42,292 bases of DNA from a virus (taxonomy: Duplodnaviria > Caudoviricetes). A program made the translations under genes and the position numbers. Location of the stretch: positions 1-42,292 of IMG/VR virus record IMGVR_UViG_3300032212_000613; one strand, written 5' to 3'. This document shows, one piece after another, positions 17,377 to 26,949 of this stretch (positions are counted from its first letter, which is position 1; every line of letters begins with the position of its first letter). The notes under the pieces were generated by a model that saw only the letters and a list, made by a program, of their open reading frames with translations, ran no database searches and was not told the origin of the DNA.

Positions 17377-17817
17377 TTATGCCTCATCGTAAATCCGATA
17401 GACCTGCTTACCGCTGAACGACTGCTCGTTGACTACGTTGAGGCCGAGTTTTTTGCGCAGCACATTGCTGATCGCCCCGCGCACGGTGTGGGGCTGCCAG
17501 CCGGTGACTTTCGTCAATTCTTCGATGGAAGCGCCCGAGCCGATTTGAAGCATATCAATCAGGATAGACTGTTTGGTGATCCGCTTGGGTTTGGCCGTTT
17601 TGACCTTATTGGTAACGGTGGCCTTTGGCGTTTCGATCCTGGTCAAACCAGCGGCCTGAAGGATTTGTTCGTGGGTTAGCTTGTGGTCGTTCATCAACTC
17701 CATGACCCGATCAACGGCCTTCGATTTGTAATTGAAGGATTTGGCAGTGGTTGGCGTCCCGGTGATGGTTTCGATCGCACGGGCCAGTTGGCTGACTTTG
17801 AGATTTCTGATTTCCAT
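17377..17817 (-). CDS. DUF3489-like wHTH protein
   Basis: TKQSILIDML...GASIEEL...TGWQPHTVRGAIS...KKLGL...YRI; AAGGA RBS. Confidence 0.8.
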   Translation of the reverse strand: MEIRNLKVSQLARAIETITGTPTTAKSFNYKSKAVDRVMELMNDHKLTHEQILQAAGLTRIETPKATVTNKVKTAKPKRITKQSILIDMLQIGSGASIEELTKVTGWQPHTVRGAISNVLRKKLGLNVVNEQSFSGKQVYRIYDEA

Positions 17818-17821
17818 GGGT

Positions 17822-17998
17822 TTATCCTTTGTTGGAATTCTGTTGTCCGAGTTCAAAGGCTTCGACGAGGGCTGCTTTGATGGACCAGACGGCGACGTCG
17901 TGAAAATCAAGGTTGTCACTGTTTCGGGTTTCCAGTGTCTCGATCTGAAGGTGATTTGAGGCGATGGCTGATAGGGCCAGTTTTATGTCCTTGTTCAT
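17822..17998 (-). CDS. DUF6900-like small protein, 58 aa (not in the ORF track)
   Basis: Manual translation: MNKDIKLALSAIASNHLQIETLETRNSDNLDFHDVAVWSIKAALVEAFELGQQNSNKG. Confidence 0.8.
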   Translation of the reverse strand: MNKDIKLALSAIASNHLQIETLETRNSDNLDFHDVAVWSIKAALVEAFELGQQNSNKG

Positions 17999-18013
17999 CG
18001 GCGGGCTCTCTAC

Positions 18014-18262
18014 TCAGTAGTTTTCTTTGAAGGCGTAAAAGCGGACGATCTTGCCACCCGGAAGGTTGACCCGGGTGATCGGCGCATCGAGGTCAATTCG
18101 GCTGGTGTCGATCATGTCGGTCGCTTGGCATTCGGTTTTGCCAGTGTGGTAGCCGATGAAATAAGCGACCATTTCAATGAGTTCGTCCTGACTTGAGGCC
18201 CGGTTCCAGGGGCGGGGCAATTCGGTGCTGCCGTCGTTCATCATGATGGCGATGTTGGTCAT
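18014..18262 (-). CDS. Hypothetical protein
   Basis: 82 aa, AAAGGA RBS, first gene of the antisense moron. Confidence 0.65.
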   Translation of the reverse strand: MTNIAIMMNDGSTELPRPWNRASSQDELIEMVAYFIGYHTGKTECQATDMIDTSRIDLDAPITRVNLPGGKIVRFYAFKENY

Positions 18263-18363
18263 GGTTTTTCCTTTCGTTTCAAGCGTTTGGCTGAATTCAG
18301 TAGCGCTCTTAATCGAAGGATCATCAAGTCTAATAGACTGTAATTAATCACTTTTTGGCGGCC

Positions 18364-18939
18364 ATGTCGGATAACACTCAGCCCATTTCCGTGATCTCGA
18401 GCCTGCTCGATATCTCCGAGCGGCGGGTCCAGCAATTATCGAAGGCCGGTGTCATTCCGAAGGCGGCAAGAGGTCGTTACGAGCTTATTGGCTCTGTACG
18501 CGGCTATATCCGCCATCTGCGCGATCTCAATCTGAAGGGAGAGGCGGGGAACGCCGATTATGGAACGGAACGAGCCCGGTTGGTGAAGGCCAAGGCCGAT
18601 CTGGCAGAGATGGAAGCCTCGCAGATGCGAGGGGATTTGCTCTCTGCTCCTGATGTGAAAGTGGCCTGGACGGAAATCGTGGCGCTGATGCGGGCACGGC
18701 TGCTGGTGCTGCCTGACAAAATCGCACCGGTGGTTCATGAAACGACAAGCCTCAACCAAGCAAGGGACGTCATCAAAAAGGCGATCCACGAAGTGCTCAC
18801 GGAAATCGCAGAAACTGACGTTGAAATCGTCCCTCACATTGATGGGGACGACAGCACTGCAAAAGGTGGCGAGACAGACGCTGGAAGCGGCAGCTCCGCC
18901 CCCAGATCTAACCGTAAGCCAGTGGGCGGACAAGAATAG
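18364..18939 (+). CDS. Terminase small subunit (Nu1-like)
   Basis: N-terminal wHTH (LLDISERRVQQL...GRYEL) and coiled coil ERARLVKAKADLAEME. Confidence 0.85.
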   Translation: MSDNTQPISVISSLLDISERRVQQLSKAGVIPKAARGRYELIGSVRGYIRHLRDLNLKGEAGNADYGTERARLVKAKADLAEMEASQMRGDLLSAPDVKVAWTEIVALMRARLLVLPDKIAPVVHETTSLNQARDVIKKAIHEVLTEIAETDVEIVPHIDGDDSTAKGGETDAGSGSSAPRSNRKPVGGQE

Positions 18940-20779
18940 ACGGTTGAGCTCTGAAGCGAGCTCCGAGCCCGGGCAATGGGCAACGGAACGCGCTGAATAT
19001 CAACGGGGCATCATGAACGCCATTTCCGATGCCTCGGTGGAAACCGTCGTAGTGAAGACTTCGGCCCAGGTCGGCAAGACGGAATGCATCCTGAACACGG
19101 TTGGTTATCACGTCGATCAAGACCCATCACCCATCATGGTGGTGATGCCGACGGAACGCGACGCCGAGACCTGGTCGAAGGACCGCTTTGCTCCTATGGC
19201 GCGGGATACGCCGTGCCTCCACGGGAAGCTGTCGGATCCAAAGTCTCGGGATGGATCGAATAAGATCCTGCACAAGAAGTTTACGGGTGGTCATCTGACG
19301 ATCGTTGGTGCTAACGCACCATCGGGTCTGGCCATGCGTCCGATCCGGATCTTGCTGTGCGATGAAGTCGATCGCTATCCGCCCAGTGCCGGTGCGGAAG
19401 GTGATCCGGTTAATCTGGCTCGCAAGCGGACAGTGACGTTCTGGAACCGCAAGATAGTTCTGGTCTCAACGCCGACGATCAAGGGCGTGAGCCGGATTGA
19501 TGCGGCTTGGGAAGAGAGCGACAAACGCAGGTTTTGGGTTCCCTGTCCGGACTGTGGAACCCATCAGGTTTTGCGATGGGAACAGGTCCATTGGGAAAAG
19601 GACGCTGGTGGTGTCCATCTGCCGGAAACGGCTCACTACGTTTGTGAGGATTGTTGCTCCATTTGGTCTGATGCTCAGCGGTGGTCTGTAATCCGTCATG
19701 GCGAATGGCGAGCAGAAAACCCTTTTGCCGGGATCGCGGGTTTCCATCTGAACGAAATTTATTCGCCATGGGTTCGATTGGAAAACATGGTGCGGGCATT
19801 TCTGTCTGCCAAAGGCCAAGGGGCCGAAGGTATGAAGACCTTCGTGAACACCTCACTGGGTGAGACTTGGGTCGAGACCGGTGAAGCCCCGGACTGGGAG
19901 CGTTTGTACGATCAGCGCCAGCAATGGTCGCCGGGAACGGTCCCAGAGGGCGGTCTGTTTTTGACGGCGGGAGCCGATATTCAGAAAGACCGCATCGAAG
20001 TGGATGTCTGGGCCTGGGGTAGAGGCATGGAAAGCTGGTTGGTGGATCACATCATCATTGATGGTGGTCCACATGATCCAGACCCCTGGCTGAAACTTGA
20101 AGCTCTTTTGGATCAATCCTGGCCCCATGCAAGTGGGGCATATCTTCGTATCGCCAAACTGGCGGTCGATACCGGCTATGAAGCGTCGGCTGTTTATGCC
20201 TGGGCTCGACGGGTCGGTTTTGGTCAGGTTGCCCCCATCAAGGGCGTTGAAGGGTTCAATCGATCCAGTCCGGTTTCTGGTCCCACGTTCGTTGATGCGA
20301 CCGATGGCGGCAAGAAGCTTAAACGCGGGGCTCGGCTTTGGACGGTTTCTGTCTCAACCTTTAAATCCGAGACCTACAGATTTCTTCGGGCAGCTCGTCC
20401 GACGGATGAGGAAAGAGCCGAGGGAGCCGAGTATTTACCCGGTACGGTTCATTTGCCGACATGGGTGGAGACAGAGTGGCTCAAACAGCTGGTTGCTGAG
20501 CAGCTTGTGACCGTGAAGAACAAGCGCGGTTTCACACGCCTTGAATGGCAAAAACTGCGCGAGCGTAACGAAGCTCTGGACTGCCGGGTGTACGCCAGGG
20601 CAGCCGCTTGGATTGCGGGAGCAGATCGATGGTCTGATGAAAAGTGGTCGGACCTGGAGGATCAGCTTGGTGTTCCGACTGGAGATGCCGAAGCAGCGGG
20701 CATGATCAACCGACCATCCCATCCGCCAATGGAAAAACGCCGTTCGGATTGGTTAGGTCGGCGGGACAATTGGTTTTAA
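18842..20779 (+). CDS. Terminase large subunit (lambda GpA family); start uncertain (18821 or 18842)
   Basis: SAQVGKTE Walker A, LCDEVDRY Walker B, STPT, CPDC, GADIQ, NEALDC. Confidence 0.95.
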   Translation: MGTTALQKVARQTLEAAAPPPDLTVSQWADKNRRLSSEASSEPGQWATERAEYQRGIMNAISDASVETVVVKTSAQVGKTECILNTVGYHVDQDPSPIMVVMPTERDAETWSKDRFAPMARDTPCLHGKLSDPKSRDGSNKILHKKFTGGHLTIVGANAPSGLAMRPIRILLCDEVDRYPPSAGAEGDPVNLARKRTVTFWNRKIVLVSTPTIKGVSRIDAAWEESDKRRFWVPCPDCGTHQVLRWEQVHWEKDAGGVHLPETAHYVCEDCCSIWSDAQRWSVIRHGEWRAENPFAGIAGFHLNEIYSPWVRLENMVRAFLSAKGQGAEGMKTFVNTSLGETWVETGEAPDWERLYDQRQQWSPGTVPEGGLFLTAGADIQKDRIEVDVWAWGRGMESWLVDHIIIDGGPHDPDPWLKLEALLDQSWPHASGAYLRIAKLAVDTGYEASAVYAWARRVGFGQVAPIKGVEGFNRSSPVSGPTFVDATDGGKKLKRGARLWTVSVSTFKSETYRFLRAARPTDEERAEGAEYLPGTVHLPTWVETEWLKQLVAEQLVTVKNKRGFTRLEWQKLRERNEALDCRVYARAAAWIAGADRWSDEKWSDLEDQLGVPTGDAEAAGMINRPSHPPMEKRRSDWLGRRDNWF

Positions 20780-20790
20780 GGAAACTTTCG

Positions 20791-21000
20791 ATGACGTCTT
20801 GGTCAGATACAGAACTGGCGGCGCTGAAACGCGCCTATGCCAGCGGGACGTTGCGTGTCAGTTATGAAGGCAAATCCGTTGAATACGGTTCAGCGGAAGA
20901 TTTGATCAGCCGGATCCGAACCATTGAGCGGGAAATTGCCGGAAGCAAGAAGCCTCTACCGATTGCCGGGTTTGCGGGATTTCGTCGAGGCAATTCCTGA
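20791..21000 (+). CDS. Head-tail joining protein (gpW-like)
   Basis: LKRAYASGTLRVSYEGKSVEY, between terminase and portal. Confidence 0.85.
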   Translation: MTSWSDTELAALKRAYASGTLRVSYEGKSVEYGSAEDLISRIRTIEREIAGSKKPLPIAGFAGFRRGNS

Positions 21001-22496
21001 TGACCGTTAGCTGGTTGGATAAAGCCGTCGCGGTATTTGCACCCGTCACTGCCACAAAGAGGGCCTTGGCCCGTCAGGCGTTTGAAGGGCTCGCGCGTGG
21101 TTATGATGGTGCGTCCAAAGGGCGCAGAACGGATGGATGGCGAACAGCAGGGACCTCTGCCGACACGGAAGTCGGCATGGCCAGTGCCTTGTTGCGCGAT
21201 CGCATGCGGGACCTTGTTCGCAACAATCCCCATGCGGCCAAGGCCGTGTCCGTTTTGGTTAACAATATCATCGGCGCAGGCATCATGCCCCGAGCGGTTT
21301 CGGGTAGTGAGACGCTCGACAAGGCTGTCAACAAACTCTGGGATCAATGGTCTCGTCAATGTGATGCCGATGGTCAATTGGATTTCTACGGCCTGCAGAC
21401 CTTGATTTGTCGTGAGATGGTCGAGGCCGGGGAGGTGTTGGTTCGCCGCCGTATGCGGAAGGCCTCAGATGGTCTTAACGTTCCGATGCAGCTCCAAACC
21501 CTTGAAGCAGATTTCCTGGATGCGACACGCAACGGAGAAACTGCCGGGAAGGATCGCCTTGTTCAGGGTGTGCAGTTCAACGGCATAGGACAGAGAAAGG
21601 CCTATTGGATTTATGAAAGCCACCCGGGTGACGCCTATGGTGCCATTCAAGGGGGCTTCCAAAGTAAGGCAGTTGCCGCCACCGATATTGTGCATGTCTA
21701 TGAAAAGCAACGTGTGCAGGTTCGCGGTGTTCCGTGGGGTGCGCCGGTCATTCGGTCTTTGCGTGACCTTGACGACTATGAGGTCGCCGAGATTGTTCGC
21801 AAGAAAACGGAAGCCTGTGTTACGGCGATTGTCTTTGGTGATGATGAATCCCAACAAGGCGTCGCTCCGGCGGTCACCGATGCCGATGGCAAGCGGGTGG
21901 AGCAGTTTGAGCCGGGACTGATTGCATATGCCCGTGGCGGCAAGGACATCAAGTTTAACCAGCCAGCTGCAACGGGTGGCTACGGCGAATATAAACGCGC
22001 AAGCCTCCACACCATATCGGCGGGTTTTCGGGTTCCTTATGAATTGCTCACCGGTGACTTGAGCCAGGTGAACTATTCGTCAATCCGTGCCGGTCTCGTC
22101 GAGTTCAGGCGCATGATTGATGCTGTTCAATGGCAGTTGTTCATTCCCATGCTTTGCCAGCCAGTCTGGAACTGGTTTACCGAGGCGGCATGGGTGGCTG
22201 GCCACATTCCTGAGCCAGTGGTGCCGGTTGAGTGGTCGCCACCGAAATTTGAAGCGGTCGATCCCATGAAAGATGCCATGGCGGACCTGCTCTCTATTCG
22301 ATCCGGCACCATGACATTGGCGGAAGCCATCGCACGGCAAGGCCGAAATCCTGATGCCGTTCTGGCGGAGATCGCCAGTATGAACACAAAACTGGATGCA
22401 GCCGGGATCGTTTTGGACTCAGACCCAAGACGGGTCACCAAAACCGGCAGTGCGCAGACCACAGACGCCTTTGCTGCGACCGACCCCACAGACTGA
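21000..22496 (+). CDS. Portal protein, lambda gpB family
   Basis: RDLVRNN, QVRGVPW, VPYELLTGDLSQVNYSSIRAG, VDPMKD. Confidence 0.95.
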   Translation: MTVSWLDKAVAVFAPVTATKRALARQAFEGLARGYDGASKGRRTDGWRTAGTSADTEVGMASALLRDRMRDLVRNNPHAAKAVSVLVNNIIGAGIMPRAVSGSETLDKAVNKLWDQWSRQCDADGQLDFYGLQTLICREMVEAGEVLVRRRMRKASDGLNVPMQLQTLEADFLDATRNGETAGKDRLVQGVQFNGIGQRKAYWIYESHPGDAYGAIQGGFQSKAVAATDIVHVYEKQRVQVRGVPWGAPVIRSLRDLDDYEVAEIVRKKTEACVTAIVFGDDESQQGVAPAVTDADGKRVEQFEPGLIAYARGGKDIKFNQPAATGGYGEYKRASLHTISAGFRVPYELLTGDLSQVNYSSIRAGLVEFRRMIDAVQWQLFIPMLCQPVWNWFTEAAWVAGHIPEPVVPVEWSPPKFEAVDPMKDAMADLLSIRSGTMTLAEAIARQGRNPDAVLAEIASMNTKLDAAGIVLDSDPRRVTKTGSAQTTDAFAATDPTD

Positions 22497-22509
22497 AATC
22501 GAGGATCAG

Positions 22510-24537
22510 ATGGATAAGACCATTGAACTCCCGGCCATGCGCCGGGCGGCGGAGCTTGCGCCGAATTCAGCGGATCAGGAGGCTCGAACCATTGATGTTG
22601 TTTGGTCTACCGGCGCTCGGGTTCGTCGCCAACCCTTTCTGGGCGACCCATACGACGAGGACCTGAGCCTGGATGCGGATCACGTTCGTCTGGAACGGCT
22701 GAACGGAGGTGCTCCGTTTTTGAAGGTGCATGAAACCGGGGAGCTGAATGCTGTCATCGGCTCGGTTGTCCCAGATAGCGCTCGTCTTGAGAACGGTCAG
22801 GGCATTGCGACAATCCGCTTCTCTGAGCGCGACGAGGTCGAGCCGATCTGGCGCGACATCGTCGCCGGTCACATCCGGGCCGTTTCCATTGGTTATCAGG
22901 TTCATCGCTATGAGGTGAGCAAATCAGAAGCGGGCAGGGAAGTCTGGCGAGCTGTTGATTGGACGCCTTTTGAAATCTCTGCCGTGCCTGTTGGCGCTGA
23001 CCCTGCCGCAGGTTTCCGGTCCAACCACACCACCCAAACACATGAGTGCGTCGTGCAACGTGGCGACACTGATGATTGCAGCAAAAGGAATTCCACCATG
23101 CATGACGACGATATCTCCACCACCGAGGAAACCGATATGACCGAAGATACCGTGAGCGCAGAGGAAGCTCTCAAGGTTCAGGAATCGCAGGAAAAGCGAT
23201 CCATTGAGCAACGAAACAAGACGCCTGATGTCCAGAAACCCGACGCGGATGCATTGGTCACCAAAGCCCGTGATCTTGAGCGGGAACGTGTTTCGACCAT
23301 CTTTGATCTGGCAGGCAAACTTGATCTGGAACGCAGCTTTGCCGACGATCTGGTAAAACGCGGCGTCTCGCTTGAGGAGGCACGTAAGGTCATTCTTGAT
23401 CAGGTTGCCACCAAATCCGAAGAAACCCGAACCTTCTCGCAGGTTTCCGTTCCCCTTGGCGGTCAAGATGAACGTGTCACCCGTCGTCAGGCAGTGACCA
23501 ATGCGTTGTTGCATCGCTACAGCCCGACCCTGTTCCCGTTGGAAGATGCGGCCCGTGAATATCGAGGTATGACCCTGATGGAATTGGCTCGGGAAAGCCT
23601 TGCCAATGCGGGCGAGAACACCCGTGGTCTGTCCCGAGACGAAGTTGCGACCCGCGCACTCCATTCCACGTCGGATTTCCCGGAGATCCTGGCCGCTGTC
23701 ACCAACAAGACGCTTCGTCAGGCTTACGATGCCTATCCCCGGACCTTCACGCATTTCTGTCGACAGGTTCTGGCCACGGATTTCAAGGCCATGCACCGGG
23801 TCCAGTTGGGCGAAGCGCCTCAGCTCTTGAAGGTCAACGAAAGTGGCGAATTCAAACGGGGAACGCTTGGCGAGTCCAAGGAAAGCTACCGTATCGAAAC
23901 CTATGGCCGGGTGGTTGCCATTACCCGTCAGGTTTTGATCAACGACGATCTGGACGCCTTTACCCGGATCCCCGCCATGTACGGCAACTCCATCGCTCAG
24001 CTTGAAAGCGATGTTGTTTGGGGCATCATTACCTCCAATCCGGCGATGGCCGATAACAAAGCGCTCTTCCATGGTGACCATAAGAACCTTGCCGGGACCG
24101 GCGCTGCGCTGTCGGTGGATGCCGTTGGTGCGGCTCGTGCCTCCATGGCCAAACAAACTGGTCTGGATAAGAAGACGGTTTTGAACATCCGTCCGTCTTT
24201 CCTGATCGTTCCTGCCGCTTTGGAATTGAAGGCCGAGCAGATGGTGGCACAGAACATTGTACCCGCCGACACGGCCAATGTGGTGCCCCAGTCCATTCGC
24301 ACGCTGTCGCCGATTTCTGAACCGCGTCTGGATGCGGTGAGCGAAACGGCTTGGTACTTGGCAGCCAACCCGAACCAGATCGACACCATCGAATATGCCT
24401 ATCTGGAGGGCCAACAAGGAGCCTATATCGAAACCCGAAACGGCTTCGATGTGGATGGCGTTGAGATCAAGTGCCGATTGGATTTTGGGGCCAAAGCCAT
24501 TGATTGGCGTGGACTGTTCAAGAACCCCGGCGCGTAA
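22510..24537 (+). CDS. Prohead protease / scaffold / major capsid fusion protein
   Basis: Protease motifs (H...VSIGY...WTPFEISAVPVGAD), acidic linker, capsid domain STSDFP...TYGR...ITRQ...INDD...DFGAKAIDWRG. Confidence 0.92.
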   Translation: MDKTIELPAMRRAAELAPNSADQEARTIDVVWSTGARVRRQPFLGDPYDEDLSLDADHVRLERLNGGAPFLKVHETGELNAVIGSVVPDSARLENGQGIATIRFSERDEVEPIWRDIVAGHIRAVSIGYQVHRYEVSKSEAGREVWRAVDWTPFEISAVPVGADPAAGFRSNHTTQTHECVVQRGDTDDCSKRNSTMHDDDISTTEETDMTEDTVSAEEALKVQESQEKRSIEQRNKTPDVQKPDADALVTKARDLERERVSTIFDLAGKLDLERSFADDLVKRGVSLEEARKVILDQVATKSEETRTFSQVSVPLGGQDERVTRRQAVTNALLHRYSPTLFPLEDAAREYRGMTLMELARESLANAGENTRGLSRDEVATRALHSTSDFPEILAAVTNKTLRQAYDAYPRTFTHFCRQVLATDFKAMHRVQLGEAPQLLKVNESGEFKRGTLGESKESYRIETYGRVVAITRQVLINDDLDAFTRIPAMYGNSIAQLESDVVWGIITSNPAMADNKALFHGDHKNLAGTGAALSVDAVGAARASMAKQTGLDKKTVLNIRPSFLIVPAALELKAEQMVAQNIVPADTANVVPQSIRTLSPISEPRLDAVSETAWYLAANPNQIDTIEYAYLEGQQGAYIETRNGFDVDGVEIKCRLDFGAKAIDWRGLFKNPGA

Positions 24538-24561
24538 CACGGGCTTTTCATAATCATTTCT

Positions 24562-24599
24562 GACGAGACGGGCGGCCAATAGGTCGCCCTTCGTCTTTT
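24562..24599 (+). terminator. Hairpin/terminator after the capsid gene
   Basis: GGGCGGCC-AATA-GGTCGCCC core with GACG/CGTC extension and TTTT. Confidence 0.5.
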
Positions 24600-24616
24600 G
24601 GAAAAGGAAACCTTCC

Positions 24617-24952
24617 ATGAAAAACTACATTCAACCCGGCCATACCCTCACGCTTGCAGTTCCCTACGATGTCGCTTCCGGCGGGGGCTTCCTGCTTGGC
24701 GGTATTTTCGGTGTTTCAAACATTAGTGCGGTTGCTGGCGAAGAGGTCGAGGCAAGCCTTGTTGGCGTCTTTGATTTGACCAAAGCTGCGTCTCAAGCCT
24801 GGAGTGCTGGTGACAAGGTTTATTGGGATGACACCAATAAGGTCGTGACCAAAACGGCGACAAGCAACACCCTTATTGGTGTGGCCGTTGAAGCCGTTGG
24901 TGGCACGGCCAGTGAGACCATTGGGCGTGTTCGCTTGAACGGCAGTTTCTGA
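24617..24952 (+). CDS. DUF2190 capsid cement/decoration protein
   Basis: MKNYIQPG...GVFDLTK...GDKVYWD...VRLNG. Confidence 0.85.
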   Translation: MKNYIQPGHTLTLAVPYDVASGGGFLLGGIFGVSNISAVAGEEVEASLVGVFDLTKAASQAWSAGDKVYWDDTNKVVTKTATSNTLIGVAVEAVGGTASETIGRVRLNGSF

Positions 24953-25266
24953 TGACTGCTGTGGGCATGGCGATGGATGTGCTGTTTGGCGATCCGAATA
25001 TCGCATCTGACGGTCTCTACATTCCGTCCGGTGAGGATGCCGTGCCTGTACGTCTCATCGCTCGACGGCCAGATGAAATTATTGGTTTTGGTGAAACCCG
25101 GGTTCATTCAGAGACAACTCTGTTTGATGTCAGGGTTTCTGAAGTGCCTGAGCCAAGGCCTGGCGACCGAGTGACTTTCAATGAAAGAAGCTATGTCGTG
25201 CAGGGGGAACCTGAACGCAAAGACCCTGATCGATCGGTTTGGACACTGGATGTGAGGCCTGCATGA
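24952..25266 (+). CDS. Head-tail joining (closure) protein
   Basis: Position and PRPGDRV...VQGEP...WTLD pattern. Confidence 0.7.
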   Translation: MTAVGMAMDVLFGDPNIASDGLYIPSGEDAVPVRLIARRPDEIIGFGETRVHSETTLFDVRVSEVPEPRPGDRVTFNERSYVVQGEPERKDPDRSVWTLDVRPA

Positions 25267-25916
25267 AGCTTGCGGCCTCCATTGTCGATTCCATGAAAGC
25301 CGATCTTAAAGCTGAATTACGCCAAATTGAGAAAGCGGTTACTGGTGGGGTCAAAGATGCTGGTGACGGGCTCAAGGGCAGTCTTCGGCGTCAGGTGATT
25401 TCTGCTGGACTAGGAACACGCTTGGCCCGCACCTGGCGAAGCCGGGCATATCCAAATAAGGGCTACGATGCAGCGAACCTTGTCTGGTCAAAAGCACCGC
25501 AGATTGTCCGAACCTTTGATCGAGGAACGGTCATCAAAAGCAAGTCTGGCTTTTGGTTGGCCATTCCAACGGCTGCGGCTCCGAAGCGAGGTGTTGGGGG
25601 AAAACGGATAACACCATCCAATTTTCCTGAGCATCGGTTTGGGCCACTGAGGTTTGTGTATCGACGAGGACAGGCTTCCTTGTTGGTCGTCGATGGCGTT
25701 CGTGTGAGCGGCAAGACGGGTCGCGTTGGGCGTCGTGCCAAGGGTGGTTCGTTCACCAAAACAGGTCGCATCAAATCAGGGATCACCACGGTGGTGATGT
25801 TTGTGTTGGTACCACAGGTGAAAATGCCCAAGCGCCTGGATGTGCGCCGCGCAGCGGAAACCTGGTCTCGCCGAACACCGCACCTCATTGACCGCCATAT
25901 GAAAGGGCCAAGTTAA
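25263..25916 (+). CDS. Neck/tail completion protein (DUF6441-like)
   Basis: Basic 217-aa protein, WLAIPT and LVPQVKMPKRLD motifs, position. Confidence 0.7.
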   Translation: MKLAASIVDSMKADLKAELRQIEKAVTGGVKDAGDGLKGSLRRQVISAGLGTRLARTWRSRAYPNKGYDAANLVWSKAPQIVRTFDRGTVIKSKSGFWLAIPTAAAPKRGVGGKRITPSNFPEHRFGPLRFVYRRGQASLLVVDGVRVSGKTGRVGRRAKGGSFTKTGRIKSGITTVVMFVLVPQVKMPKRLDVRRAAETWSRRTPHLIDRHMKGPS

Positions 25917-26188
25917 TCAAACAGGTCGGAATGTGTGCCGGTGCGGATCAAGGTGACCGAAGTTTCGTCTTCGTCCCAGATCAAAAGCCAATCTGGCTCA
26001 ATGTGACATTCCCAGCATGGCTTCCAATCGCCAGCAAGACGATGGGGCCTGTTTTTGGGCTCAAGCGCTTCGCTTGAGGTGAGTTTGTCGAGAATGTTTT
26101 CGAGTTTGCTGAGGTCTTTTCGGCGTTTCTTCGCTTTTTTGAGGTCCTTCTTGAATTGCGAAGTGACCAGAAGCTCACGCATCGTCAA
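25913..26188 (-). CDS. yafQ: YafQ-family (RelE superfamily) mRNA interferase toxin
   Basis: FKKDLKK...HRLAG...ECHIEPDWLLIW...RTGTHSDLF. Confidence 0.92.
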   Translation of the reverse strand: MTMRELLVTSQFKKDLKKAKKRRKDLSKLENILDKLTSSEALEPKNRPHRLAGDWKPCWECHIEPDWLLIWDEDETSVTLIRTGTHSDLFD

Positions 26189-26438
26189 TGTCGGCCATCA
26201 GGTCTTTGACACTGCCGTACTTGGTAAGGCCATCTTTGTTGCTGGCTTGGCGCATTGCTTCAAGAGTCTCCGCATTGGGTATTTTGACCTCAAAGGGAAG
26301 ACCATGATGAAGGCTAACCTGCTTGTAGAACAATGTAATTGCCTCGGTGGCTGATAGGCCAAGGGCCGCAAAAACCTCTTCGGCCTCATGTTTGAGGTCT
26401 GGTTCGACACGGGCGCGGATCATTTCTGTTTTGGGCAT
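26175..26438 (-). CDS. dinJ: RelB/DinJ antitoxin
   Basis: IRARVEPDLKHEAEEVFAALGLSATEAITLF...GLPFEVKIPNAET; AAGGAG RBS. Confidence 0.92.
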   Translation of the reverse strand: MPKTEMIRARVEPDLKHEAEEVFAALGLSATEAITLFYKQVSLHHGLPFEVKIPNAETLEAMRQASNKDGLTKYGSVKDLMADIDDA

Positions 26439-26458
26439 GGTTCAACTCCTTATGTCCA

Positions 26459-26487
26459 TAATGTACCACATTTGGGGAACAATTCAA
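26459..26487 (-). promoter_or_regulatory. dinJ-yafQ promoter/operator
   Basis: Minus-strand TTGAAT-N16-TACATT overlapping imperfect inverted repeat TGTACCACA-N2-TGGGGAACA (26462-26481). Confidence 0.5.
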
Positions 26488-26488
26488 G

Positions 26489-26923
26489 GTGTCGAGTAAA
26501 ACCGAGCAGATTTTAATGGCTCTGCAGTCGGCTCTAAAGGCCATTTCAGATGTCACTGTCGAGCGTAATTCAGCTGTGCCGGAGAAAATCCCGTCTGCTG
26601 GACTAGTCATCCTTCGCGATGGCATCGCCGATGAGCCGGAACAGCCTTTAGGTGGCTTTGGCGGAATTTATTGTCGCCAGGATGCAGAGATTGAGATCTA
26701 CGTCGAGAATGGTGATGCCGCATCCCGCGACGCAGCCTTCGACACCCTGCTGCAGCAAATCGGCACCGTTCTTGATGCCGATCCAACACTGGGTGATTTT
26801 GTCTTCGGCATGACGTACAGCCGACCAGAAATCGATACTGAAGCGGTGGTTGGAGGTCCGGCCATTAAGGCTGGCACATTGATCGTCGCCGTTGAGTTTG
26901 AAGCCGACACCGCGCTTGGCTGA
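26489..26923 (+). CDS. Tail terminator protein (gpU-like)
   Basis: Acidic 144-aa protein immediately upstream of the tail tube gene. Confidence 0.7.
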   Translation: MSSKTEQILMALQSALKAISDVTVERNSAVPEKIPSAGLVILRDGIADEPEQPLGGFGGIYCRQDAEIEIYVENGDAASRDAAFDTLLQQIGTVLDADPTLGDFVFGMTYSRPEIDTEAVVGGPAIKAGTLIVAVEFEADTALG

Positions 26924-26949
26924 TCTTTTTACTATCTAGGAGAATACCT

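Noticed and set aside
22924-24618. 564-aa minus-strand ORF
   Set aside because: Antisense shadow of the capsid gene with no motifs; the same applies to 9476-10333, 8750-9460 and other antisense ORFs
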